This document shows positions 1-8,323 of a stretch of DNA of 49,638 nucleotides, piece after piece. Under the pieces are notes generated by a model, which worked only from the letters and a program-made list of their open reading frames with translations, did not search any database and was not told the DNA's origin. Numbering within the stretch: the stretch's first letter is position 1; every line of letters begins with the position of its first letter. Source of the DNA: Gammaproteobacteria bacterium. GTDB lineage: Bacteria; Pseudomonadota; Gammaproteobacteria; GCA-001735895. Where the stretch lies: contig JBNKUM010000068.1 in assembly GCA_050298595.1 (NCBI GenBank), positions 1 to 49,638 of the forward strand. Reading direction: 5' to 3'. Made by a program: the position numbers and the translations under genes.

Positions 1-1218
1 AATTCCCGGAATACTGGAAGGTGTAAAAGTATTATCCGCATTATCTACGTCACTACTGGTCAGCACGCCCGAGGTAGATAGTATAGAATCTGTTTCGGTA
101 AGGTATCTCGTATGACTACTTACGGTCGCCGCATCATTGCTACCGTTGATGGTAATTTGAACTGTGCTCGGAGTGCCGTCAATAGTGCTTACGTTGAAGG
201 TTTCATTGACACTTTCACCAAGGTTTAAATTATCGAATGCGCTATTCGCAGTAAATGTCCAGTTACCATTCGCATCAATGGCAAAAACACCTAAAGTACC
301 GCTGCTAGTCGAAGGGGTAAATGCATTGCCCTGATTATCAACATCAGTACTGCTCAGGGTACCGGAAGTCGTCAATGCCACATCAGTTTCTGTTAAGGTC
401 TGACTATCGTTACTAACAATAGCAATATCGTTAACACTGTTTACGTCTACATTGACGGTTGTGGTATCCAATCCTCCTTTACCATCACTGACGCTATAGG
501 TAAAACTATCGGGGCCATAGTAATTATCGTTCGGAATATAGTTAATAGTACCATCGGTATTGATATTTACACTGCCATGCATACCCTGAGTAACACCGCT
601 GATCATTAGTGAATCACCATTCAGATCCGTATCGTTGGCCAGTACATCTATGCTCAGGCCGGTATCTTCATTGGTGGTTAGATGGTCCAACCCTGCGACA
701 GGGCTGAAGTTAGCTACTGGCTCAGTGACGGGCGTTTCTGGTATGAAAATATTTTCACCCGTATCTATGGCATTGTTCTGCTCGTTGGCGGTAACATTGA
801 AAGCTGAAACCTGGGTATCTACATGTCCTTCCTCACCCTCTCTGGTATAGGTTGATGCTGAATGCAATGCAGCTGCTCCTGTTTGAGTTTCACCGGCAGC
901 AGTTTCTGGTAATTCATTCAGGTCTATACCATCCACAATTAACTGTTGTAATTCGGCTAATTGTTCTGCGCGCTGATCTGGAAAATCATTTATATTTGCA
1001 AATACTGTTTCATCCATCAGTACTTCGGCATCGGCACCTATCTGCAACTTCTGGCCATCGTAAAACTCAATGTCAATTTGCGAGTTAAGGCCAGTGCTTA
1101 CTACATCACCTTCGAATACTTTATCACCGTTGCTAAGTACCTTGATAATGCCATCAACATCTCGAACCTCTGCTGTGCCAGAAACTTCAACGACGAAACC
1201 GATATTTTTTGTAGTCAT
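1..1218 (-). CDS. lapA: Giant T1SS adhesin (LapA/BpfA-like), N-terminal retention module + cadherin-like/Big_9 domain + VCBS-type repeats; 3' end outside window
   Basis: Not in ORF track. Manual translation from ATG at 1218 is open to base 1 (406 codons): MTTKNIGFVVEVSGTAEVRDVDGIIKVLSNGDKVFEGD... (retention-module-like), ELPETAAG (LapG di-alanine site, T106-G109), then VLANDTDLNGDSL...DSFTYSVSDGKGG and repeats LTETD..TSG.L.S.DVDN. Lies downstream of lapEGDBC. Confidence 0.92.
   Translation of the reverse strand, partial: MTTKNIGFVVEVSGTAEVRDVDGIIKVLSNGDKVFEGDVVSTGLNSQIDIEFYDGQKLQIGADAEVLMDETVFANINDFPDQRAEQLAELQQLIVDGIDLNELPETAAGETQTGAAALHSASTYTREGEEGHVDTQVSAFNVTANEQNNAIDTGENIFIPETPVTEPVANFSPVAGLDHLTTNEDTGLSIDVLANDTDLNGDSLMISGVTQGMHGSVNINTDGTINYIPNDNYYGPDSFTYSVSDGKGGLDTTTVNVDVNSVNDIAIVSNDSQTLTETDVALTTSGTLSSTDVDNQGNAFTPSTSSGTLGVFAIDANGNWTFTANSAFDNLNLGESVNETFNVSTIDGTPSTVQITINGSNDAATVSSHTRYLTETDSILSTSGVLTSSDVDNADNTFTPSSIPGI
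892..903 (-). other. TAAG LapG cleavage motif codons in the adhesin (residues 106-109)
   Basis: ACT GCT GCC GGT in frame; motif and approximate position match the known Pseudomonas LapA TAAG site. Confidence 0.8.
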
Positions 1219-1373
1219 GATTTTCACTTTTGATTTGAACCGCAGACAATATAGATAAGGATACTTTATTCAGCATCGTACCAAAGTCGTAGTGCCACCA
1301 AAGGAAACCCCAATTCGAGACTTGAATCACAAAAAATCAGGGGACAAGTGAAATAAACGCAAGGGCGTTATGG

Positions 1374-1961
1374 CTATTTGAAATAAAGTACCAGTGCCAC
1401 TCGATCTTTGATATCGAGTTTTTTGAAGATATTGGTCAAATGAGCTTTAACAGTACGTTCCGAGATCTCGCAACGTTCAGCTATCTGCTTATTCGACAGA
1501 CCCTCTGCGACCGCACGTGCCACTTCATTTTCACGCTCAGTAAGCTCTGCAAGCGCTGCAGAATGCTGTCGTACACCCAGAGCAGCCTGAGCCAGTGAGA
1601 ATGTCTGCTCCAGCATTTGCGGAGGAAACCAGCTTTGTCCATCAGCAATCTGTTGAATCATTTGCTGATAAAGCCCTGTTTGCATATAGCTATTGCAGTA
1701 AGCCTTGCTGCCAGCCTGTACACAGGACAACATTTCAGCAATATCGGGGCGATCCGAACAGACGGCAATATTCAAACCTGCCGTTGCCATACGACGAATC
1801 CACGGAATGCTCTCTGTACCAAAAGATGTGATATGCAAAAAAAGAAGATGCCCAGCCTCGATCCGATCCGATAATTCATTCCGAACCTCAAGCGGGCTTT
1901 CCAGCTTTTCGCTTAAGTGAGCAATCAGTGATTGCGAATTCGAATACAGGATGAGGCCCAT
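1374..1961 (-). CDS. LuxR/NarL-family regulator with degenerate receiver domain
   Basis: C-terminal LTERENEVARAVAEGLSNKQIA...SERTVKAHLTNIFKKL HTH; REC-like N-terminus lacks acidic pocket; start overlaps lapC stop. Confidence 0.9.
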   Translation of the reverse strand: MGLILYSNSQSLIAHLSEKLESPLEVRNELSDRIEAGHLLFLHITSFGTESIPWIRRMATAGLNIAVCSDRPDIAEMLSCVQAGSKAYCNSYMQTGLYQQMIQQIADGQSWFPPQMLEQTFSLAQAALGVRQHSAALAELTERENEVARAVAEGLSNKQIAERCEISERTVKAHLTNIFKKLDIKDRVALVLYFK

Positions 1962-3334
1962 TACCCTTCTCTTAAGGCTTTGTCCAGTCCACGCTGAACC
2001 GGATTTATAAGATACTGGAGTATAGTTTTTTTATCGGTAACAATATCGGCATCAACCGTCATACCTACTTTTATGGGTAGTTTTTTTGATTCAGGCCCCA
2101 AAAAAGATTTTACTGGCTTTACCCTTACCAGATAAAAACTATCTCCCGCATCGTTAGTGATGGTATCGGCGCTGATAAAAGCAACATGACCTTGCAAACT
2201 GCCATGTATCGCAAAATCATAGGCTGAAAATTTAAGACGTGCTAAATCGTTGAGGTGTACCGAAGCAATATCTGCAGGTTTGATATTTAATTCGATAATA
2301 AGAGCATCATCCTGAGGCACAATTTCGAGTACATCATTACCCGGATTGACGACACCACCCACAGTATTGGCATATAGCCGTTGTACTACACCCTTTACCG
2401 GTGAACGCAAAGTAGTTCTGGTAACTCGATCCTGCAGCGCAGCCTGGGCTTCTTTAATACGGCTAATTTCTGCACTCACTTCATTCCATTCTTTTTTAGC
2501 CTTATTACGAAAACCAAGCATCTCTTCCTGTTTTTTAGAACGCGCTTCTTCAATAATCGATTGATAACGCGGTATGGACAAATCTATCGATTCCAGTTCA
2601 CCCTCCATTTCAGCCTCACGTTGCTGCAACTGAAGAAACTCTACCTCGCTGATAATGCCGCGCTCTTTTAACGGCAACTTGATCTTGATCTCTTTTTGCA
2701 GCAACTGTAGTGTTTTTTTAACCTGCCTCTGTTTCGACTCGGCTTCCTTTAACGACGTTTCCTGTTGAGATATCTGCTGCTCTAGGATACTCAAAGATTC
2801 TTTCAGCTGCTGTTTATTACTGAGAAACAGGCTTTCTTCAGCTTGTGTTAACTCTGGGGCATTTTTAGTAACCTCATCAATCGGCTTAAACTCCTGTGCA
2901 TTTGCTTCAGCATTCAATCGACTGGATCGGGCAAGTAATTCCAGATACTGCAGACGATTCTCTTCCACCGAGCTTGAGAACGCGATATCACTCATTTTAA
3001 CCAGCGCCTGGCCGGCTTCTACCGCTTCACCTTCAGTAACCAGAATCTCAGAAACAATACCGCCTTCCAGGCTCTGTATCAGCTGCACCTGACTCGCCGG
3101 TGTAACCTTGCCCGAGCCTCTAATCACCACATCGATTTCTGCCCAGCTCATCCATAAAAGTGCGGTTGCTACAAATAGCGCAATAAACAGGATCACCAGT
3201 ATCAGATAGCGAGGTGAACGATGTACCACGGCTGCGGCCAGACTTTGCATATACACAGCATCGTGTTTGCCATAGGCTCCAATCTGGGTGACATCTTCCA
3301 GGTTGGTCGTATCATCGTTGTGATCAGGATGCAT
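1961..3334 (-). CDS. lapC: HlyD-family T1SS periplasmic adaptor (LapC-like)
   Basis: N-terminal TM, IQSLEGGIV motif, coiled coil, RSPVKGVV, GMTVDADI..KKTILQYLINP. Confidence 0.93.
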   Translation of the reverse strand: MHPDHNDDTTNLEDVTQIGAYGKHDAVYMQSLAAAVVHRSPRYLILVILFIALFVATALLWMSWAEIDVVIRGSGKVTPASQVQLIQSLEGGIVSEILVTEGEAVEAGQALVKMSDIAFSSSVEENRLQYLELLARSSRLNAEANAQEFKPIDEVTKNAPELTQAEESLFLSNKQQLKESLSILEQQISQQETSLKEAESKQRQVKKTLQLLQKEIKIKLPLKERGIISEVEFLQLQQREAEMEGELESIDLSIPRYQSIIEEARSKKQEEMLGFRNKAKKEWNEVSAEISRIKEAQAALQDRVTRTTLRSPVKGVVQRLYANTVGGVVNPGNDVLEIVPQDDALIIELNIKPADIASVHLNDLARLKFSAYDFAIHGSLQGHVAFISADTITNDAGDSFYLVRVKPVKSFLGPESKKLPIKVGMTVDADIVTDKKTILQYLINPVQRGLDKALREG

Positions 3335-5477
3335 TCTGTCCTCCTTTTAACGCTTTCAATACGTCCTGCTTGGGGCCATCCATTACGATACGACCTTCAT
3401 CAACCACAATCACTCTTTCTACCAGATCCAGCAAAGGCGCTTTATGAGTGACCAGAATGAGTGTTTTATCGCGCGTGTATTCATGTAAGCGCTGCTTGAC
3501 GATGGATTCGGTTGTATTATCAAAGCTATTGGTAGGCTCATCCAGAATAAGAATTGGCTCATTCAATAAAAGAGATCGACCCAGAGCAATTGCCTGCCGT
3601 TGCCCGCCTGACAACATGGAGCCATATTCACCCACATCGGTATCAAAACCCTGCGGTAAATTATTTACAAATAAATCAACCCCACTGACATGGGCGGCTT
3701 TGAGCAGTTTTTCATCATTGGCCTGCAAATCTTTATACGCCAGATTATCGCGTATCGAGCCACGGATGAGCTCTATATCCTGCGAAAGATAGCCAATGTG
3801 ATGACGCAGATCAGCAGGATCGATTTGATTGATATCAATATTGTCTATCGCAATACTTCCCTGCTCTGCCTGATACAGGCCGAGCATCAATTTGAGCATG
3901 GTAGTTTTACCGCAACCGACCTTACCTATAATTGCCACATGCTCACCCGGCTTAATCTTAAAAGAGACATGACTAATAGACGCTTTAACCGCCTCAGGGT
4001 AATTGAAGGTGATATCTTTAAATTTAATCCCACCCTCAAAAGCAGGACGCCGCACAAAGGTTTTTCCATGCGGCCTTTCTACCTCCTTTTGCATCAGTTC
4101 ATTGAGTGTCTGATAAGCGGTTTTGGTTTGTTCAAAGGTAGTTATTAAAGCAGCTATCTGTCCCATCGGCGCGACTGCTCGTGAAGACAACATGACCGAA
4201 GCAATCAAGCCGCCTAGCGATAGCTCTTGGTCTGCAATCAGATAAATCCCATATATGATCAAACCCACCGTAGTAAATTGCACCAATAGATTGGTGATCA
4301 CCGTTATCGAGATTGAGAGCATTCTGGATCTCATTGATTTATCTGCAATAAGGCCTGAGGATTCTTCCCATACCCATTGAGAATAATTTGAGACACCCAG
4401 AGATTTAATGGTTTTGATGGAATGCAGGGTTTCTATTAAATGTGCATTTTTATTGGCAGTCGCTTCGTAGGTTTCTTCCACGCTTTGCTTTAGAGGTTTA
4501 ACCAGTATTGCGCTATAAATCAATAGAATCACAATAGTAGTCAAGGGTACTAACACCATCGAGCCGCCAATATAGAAAATCACTACCAGAAATATGACTG
4601 CAAAAGGAATATCAACCAGAGTAGCCATGGTTGATGCAGTAAAGAAATTTCGAATGCTTTCAAAATCACGCAGTTTACTGGCGAAGGCCCCGACACTCTT
4701 CGGCCATTCATTCATTTTAAGATTGAGGGTCTGCGAGAATAGAATGGACGACATGATGATATCGCTTTTCTTGCCCGCGATTTCAAGCAGATAGTTACGT
4801 AAAAAACGTAATATGGTATCAAAAATATACACTACCAGAATGCCAACCGCCAATACCCAGAGCGTTTCAATGGCATCGTTCGGTACTACCTTGTCGTAAA
4901 CATTCATCGTAAACATGGGGGTGGAAAGAATAAAGAGGTTAATCAATACCGAAGACAGTATAACGCTGGCAAAGATATCCTTTGATTTTGCCAACGTCCC
5001 CCAGAACCAGTGATTACCGTCCTTACCGGTTGTTTTGGGGATATGTTTCTGTTGCTGTAATTCACGCTTCAGTAGAAAAGCATAACCCAGATACTCCTGA
5101 TTTAACCTTTCAAGAGTGAACCACTCTTCGCCCTCACCCACTTCGGGCAATACGACTTTGGCTCGTTTATTCTTCCGGTCGATAGATTCCAGTATACAGG
5201 CATTGCCATTACGCAACACCAGAATACAGGGCAATAACAGGCGAGACAGGCTATTTAATTCTCGATGAATCAAACGGCTGGCAAATCCAGCGCGGCTGGC
5301 TACCCGCGAAAAAAGCCCCTTCGGGCTATCTATACTGAATAGCTCTGGACCACTAGCGCCCGGTTTGACGGGTAAACCGGAGATCAATGCATCCACGCTT
5401 ACCGGGCGATTATGCATCCTGGCAAAGATGACCAGGCATTCAAGCAACGGGTCGTAATGTCGATCTGGGTCAATCAT
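3324..5477 (-). CDS. lapB: T1SS permease/ATPase with C39-like N-terminal domain (LapB/LssB-like)
   Basis: DPLLECL N-terminus, MNVYDKVVP TM domain, Walker A GKVGCGKT, LSGGQRQ, LDEPT. Confidence 0.95.
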   Translation of the reverse strand: MIDPDRHYDPLLECLVIFARMHNRPVSVDALISGLPVKPGASGPELFSIDSPKGLFSRVASRAGFASRLIHRELNSLSRLLLPCILVLRNGNACILESIDRKNKRAKVVLPEVGEGEEWFTLERLNQEYLGYAFLLKRELQQQKHIPKTTGKDGNHWFWGTLAKSKDIFASVILSSVLINLFILSTPMFTMNVYDKVVPNDAIETLWVLAVGILVVYIFDTILRFLRNYLLEIAGKKSDIIMSSILFSQTLNLKMNEWPKSVGAFASKLRDFESIRNFFTASTMATLVDIPFAVIFLVVIFYIGGSMVLVPLTTIVILLIYSAILVKPLKQSVEETYEATANKNAHLIETLHSIKTIKSLGVSNYSQWVWEESSGLIADKSMRSRMLSISITVITNLLVQFTTVGLIIYGIYLIADQELSLGGLIASVMLSSRAVAPMGQIAALITTFEQTKTAYQTLNELMQKEVERPHGKTFVRRPAFEGGIKFKDITFNYPEAVKASISHVSFKIKPGEHVAIIGKVGCGKTTMLKLMLGLYQAEQGSIAIDNIDINQIDPADLRHHIGYLSQDIELIRGSIRDNLAYKDLQANDEKLLKAAHVSGVDLFVNNLPQGFDTDVGEYGSMLSGGQRQAIALGRSLLLNEPILILDEPTNSFDNTTESIVKQRLHEYTRDKTLILVTHKAPLLDLVERVIVVDEGRIVMDGPKQDVLKALKGGQNAS

Positions 5478-5652
5478 GAATGAATAAAATCATCTTTTTT
5501 AATTCGTTAATAAAACCCATTGTGATCAGGGTGAAATCTAATCTTTATTGTAGTTAAAAACACTCATAAATGTAACCAATTAACTCGACCACCATTATCA
5601 GTGATCCACAGTGGAACATAGATTTGGGGGGGGGAATACTTTCGCATGAACC

Positions 5653-7584
5653 CTATTCAGACATTTCTCCAGGAGCTTCTGGTTCATGCAGGTAATTTCC
5701 CTGCAAATTCTGTATACCTAGCTCAACCAGTACTTCATAAAGTTCTTTTGAATCAACCCCAACTGCGATTAGCGTGATGTTCATGGTATCAGTTAGAGTC
5801 TTCAATGCCTGATAGCCTGCAGACATATCGTTTTGACTAATATCATGCAGAGTTCTTGCATTGATCTTCACATAATCGAAACGAGCTATTTTCAACAGAT
5901 CCAGGGATTGCCCTATATCCAGGTGATCTATACCCATCTGATGACCCGACTGATGTACTCTGCTAGCAACCTGCTGGCACATCAACAGATGCTGTGCCAG
6001 AATGCTATGGCTGGCTTCAATACATAAACCTGCCCCACGCTCCTGACATCGCGTAAGTAGTTGATCAAATTCATATTGAGCATCCGCCTGTTCAAAAAAG
6101 GCGGCACTCAAATTCAGCGCCAGGGGCAACGGTTCATCGCCTGGCTGAATTTCTGAAATTATCTTAAACACAGCCTTATCGATATCGATAGACATACCCA
6201 GGCTACTAGCCATTGGCATAAAAGTGGACGCAGGTAATACCTGACCTGATTCATCTCTGGCCCGGATATACAGCTCCCTGTGCACGTTCTGCCCATTAGG
6301 ATGCTTGACCAGTTGCCCCACCATGAATAAACGTTGAGAAGCGATGGTCTGCTCCAGCCAATGTCGCCATTGCATCTTGCCCTGAGGCAAATCGATCTGA
6401 TTAGATGCACGTCGCTCTATCGACCAGGGACCACTGCCATCAGCCTGGGTCAGACAGTAATCGATGCCCGATAGAATTTCGCCAGCAGTACTACTACCAT
6501 CAATTGCCGAAATCGCTCCAATTAGAAACAACTCAACCTCTGACCGGGTTACCTGATCCCACTCTTTAACGCGACAAAATAGCTGTTGCATATAGTTTTT
6601 CGTCGATTCTTCATCAGCAGCAAATAGAAAGGCGAATTCATCATCATTCAATCGAGCTGGAGATTGCAGGTTTGATTCATCACCCAGTAGCTGCGCCATT
6701 TGCTTGATCAAGGCATCTGAAAACTCATACCCCAGACGCTCCCTGGCAATTTCATAATTCACCAGTTTGATGATCGCAAGCGAGCCGTGAAACTGAGATT
6801 GCTCTGAGCTAGCCTGCTGCAGCTGGTCCATGAGATACTGGCGATTACCCAGATTGGTCACTTTATCGTTGTACAGCAACTTCTGATATTTGTTCAGACT
6901 TTCCTGTTGGTCATTAAATATCACCTGCACCTTGGACACCATATTATTCATGGCCTCGACGACACGCTTCAAATCAATGGTTCTGGGTAATGATTCCTGC
7001 TGCACAAAACGGTTGTTTTGAATCGCATCGGCCTGTTCCATAACTCGCTTCAAAGGAAGCAACAGATACTGTAACACCAGCCACAGCAGTATCAGGGCGA
7101 CCAGAAACATTAAACCAAACCACTTCACAGTTGAGATTAGAGTTCTGTATAACTTGCTATAGGCAAACCCTGGGTGCATGGTCACTTCAAGTCGACCCAA
7201 TTGAGTCCAGCCCTTCATCACCTGGGTAGAGCCCTGAGCCTGACTCAGCGGAATTAAACTGATAAACCAGTCCGGTACGCCTTCAACACTGACCTGCTGA
7301 CTTTTTTGCTGGATAGTCTTGTTATCTACTGAAACCAGTTCAATGCTCGAGTAATAACCGCTATCAAATACCGCATTAAATAATACCTCAAGCGTTGCAG
7401 GATCATTACTTTCAGGCAGATTACTGATCACTATCCCTAAGGTAGTTGCCATATCCTGTGCTGTAGTATGCAGTTGCCCCTGCATAAATTCACGGGTGCG
7501 ATTTAAGTCGTTGATAACGATAACGCTGGCAAGAATGATAAATACCAGTGTCACTAACAATGCTATTTGCTTGAATAAGGTCAT
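5653..7584 (-). CDS. lapD: LapD-like c-di-GMP receptor (periplasmic domain-HAMP-degenerate GGDEF-degenerate EAL)
   Basis: MTLFKQI start, FDSGYY, GWTQ (LapG-binding Trp loop), RLNDDEF in place of GGDEF, ELYIR and GIDHLD in place of EAL/DDFG; overlaps lapG stop. Confidence 0.92.
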   Translation of the reverse strand: MTLFKQIALLVTLVFIILASVIVINDLNRTREFMQGQLHTTAQDMATTLGIVISNLPESNDPATLEVLFNAVFDSGYYSSIELVSVDNKTIQQKSQQVSVEGVPDWFISLIPLSQAQGSTQVMKGWTQLGRLEVTMHPGFAYSKLYRTLISTVKWFGLMFLVALILLWLVLQYLLLPLKRVMEQADAIQNNRFVQQESLPRTIDLKRVVEAMNNMVSKVQVIFNDQQESLNKYQKLLYNDKVTNLGNRQYLMDQLQQASSEQSQFHGSLAIIKLVNYEIARERLGYEFSDALIKQMAQLLGDESNLQSPARLNDDEFAFLFAADEESTKNYMQQLFCRVKEWDQVTRSEVELFLIGAISAIDGSSTAGEILSGIDYCLTQADGSGPWSIERRASNQIDLPQGKMQWRHWLEQTIASQRLFMVGQLVKHPNGQNVHRELYIRARDESGQVLPASTFMPMASSLGMSIDIDKAVFKIISEIQPGDEPLPLALNLSAAFFEQADAQYEFDQLLTRCQERGAGLCIEASHSILAQHLLMCQQVASRVHQSGHQMGIDHLDIGQSLDLLKIARFDYVKINARTLHDISQNDMSAGYQALKTLTDTMNITLIAVGVDSKELYEVLVELGIQNLQGNYLHEPEAPGEMSE

Positions 7585-8297
7585 TGTGCGTCTTTCCTGA
7601 AATCAGCAAGCAGTTTTTTCCACTTACTGTTCTTGATTTTATCGGTGGGTAGAGATTTTCCCAGGCCTGCAGATGCATTACTCAGGAACAGGGAATTAGC
7701 GTTGAAACTATATACTGGTAACAGATCCAGCCGTTTTGATGCTGACAGAATCTGTGGATTATAATTATCCAGAATTTTGGGGATGCTTTTAGGCGTCACA
7801 AAATAACTTAATACCATATGTGCGGCATTCTGATTGAGTGCTTTTACATAGGTCAGGTAAAGTCGGTTATCAGGTACTCCGAGTTTTCTTAATGCAAAGT
7901 ACTTGGCAATGACGAAGTCTTCGCAATCTCCCTGTTGGGTACCCAGGAATTCCTGTGGTGTGGCCCAGTAATCTTTAACTCCCCACTGATCCTTGTCCTC
8001 TCGATATTGAAACTGATTAAAGAAGCGATTAACTTCAATCAGCTGGGTATCTTCGTCTTTGTCCTTTAATTCATCCAGCAATTTATTCAGTGCGATGCCG
8101 CGCCTGTAAGCCTGATCGGAATAATTCTGTTTTAAACTCTGCAACATGCCATCGCTTACAAATGGATCAGCTGATGGTATCAATGGAAGCCAGATCAGCA
8201 GGCACAATGCAAGCAGTGGATAGCATTTTGCAATATCGATATGTCGTCTAAACAAGTAATCTGGCTCAGTATTTCGCTTGCGCAAAGTGTAGCTCAA
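7581..8297 (-). CDS. lapG: LapG-like transglutaminase-like cysteine protease (BTLCP, C93)
   Basis: DYWATPQEFL, GDCEDFVIAKY (Cys), AHMVL (His), ILDN (Asp); TTG start uncertain. Confidence 0.93.
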   Translation of the reverse strand: MSYTLRKRNTEPDYLFRRHIDIAKCYPLLALCLLIWLPLIPSADPFVSDGMLQSLKQNYSDQAYRRGIALNKLLDELKDKDEDTQLIEVNRFFNQFQYREDKDQWGVKDYWATPQEFLGTQQGDCEDFVIAKYFALRKLGVPDNRLYLTYVKALNQNAAHMVLSYFVTPKSIPKILDNYNPQILSASKRLDLLPVYSFNANSLFLSNASAGLGKSLPTDKIKNSKWKKLLADFRKDAQ

Positions 8298-8323
8298 ATG
8301 ACAGCTTTTGACGGATTAGCCTG

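Noticed and set aside
1-420. Repeated units in the adhesin as a possible DNA repeat array or CRISPR
   Set aside because: Diverged protein-level VCBS-type repeats, no identical repeats with spacers
635-1258. Four short plus-strand ORFs in the track
   Set aside because: Antisense shadows of the adhesin gene on the minus strand
1281-1297. TGGCAC on the minus strand upstream of lapA as a sigma54 promoter
   Set aside because: No GC at the -12 position (TGGCACTACGACTT)
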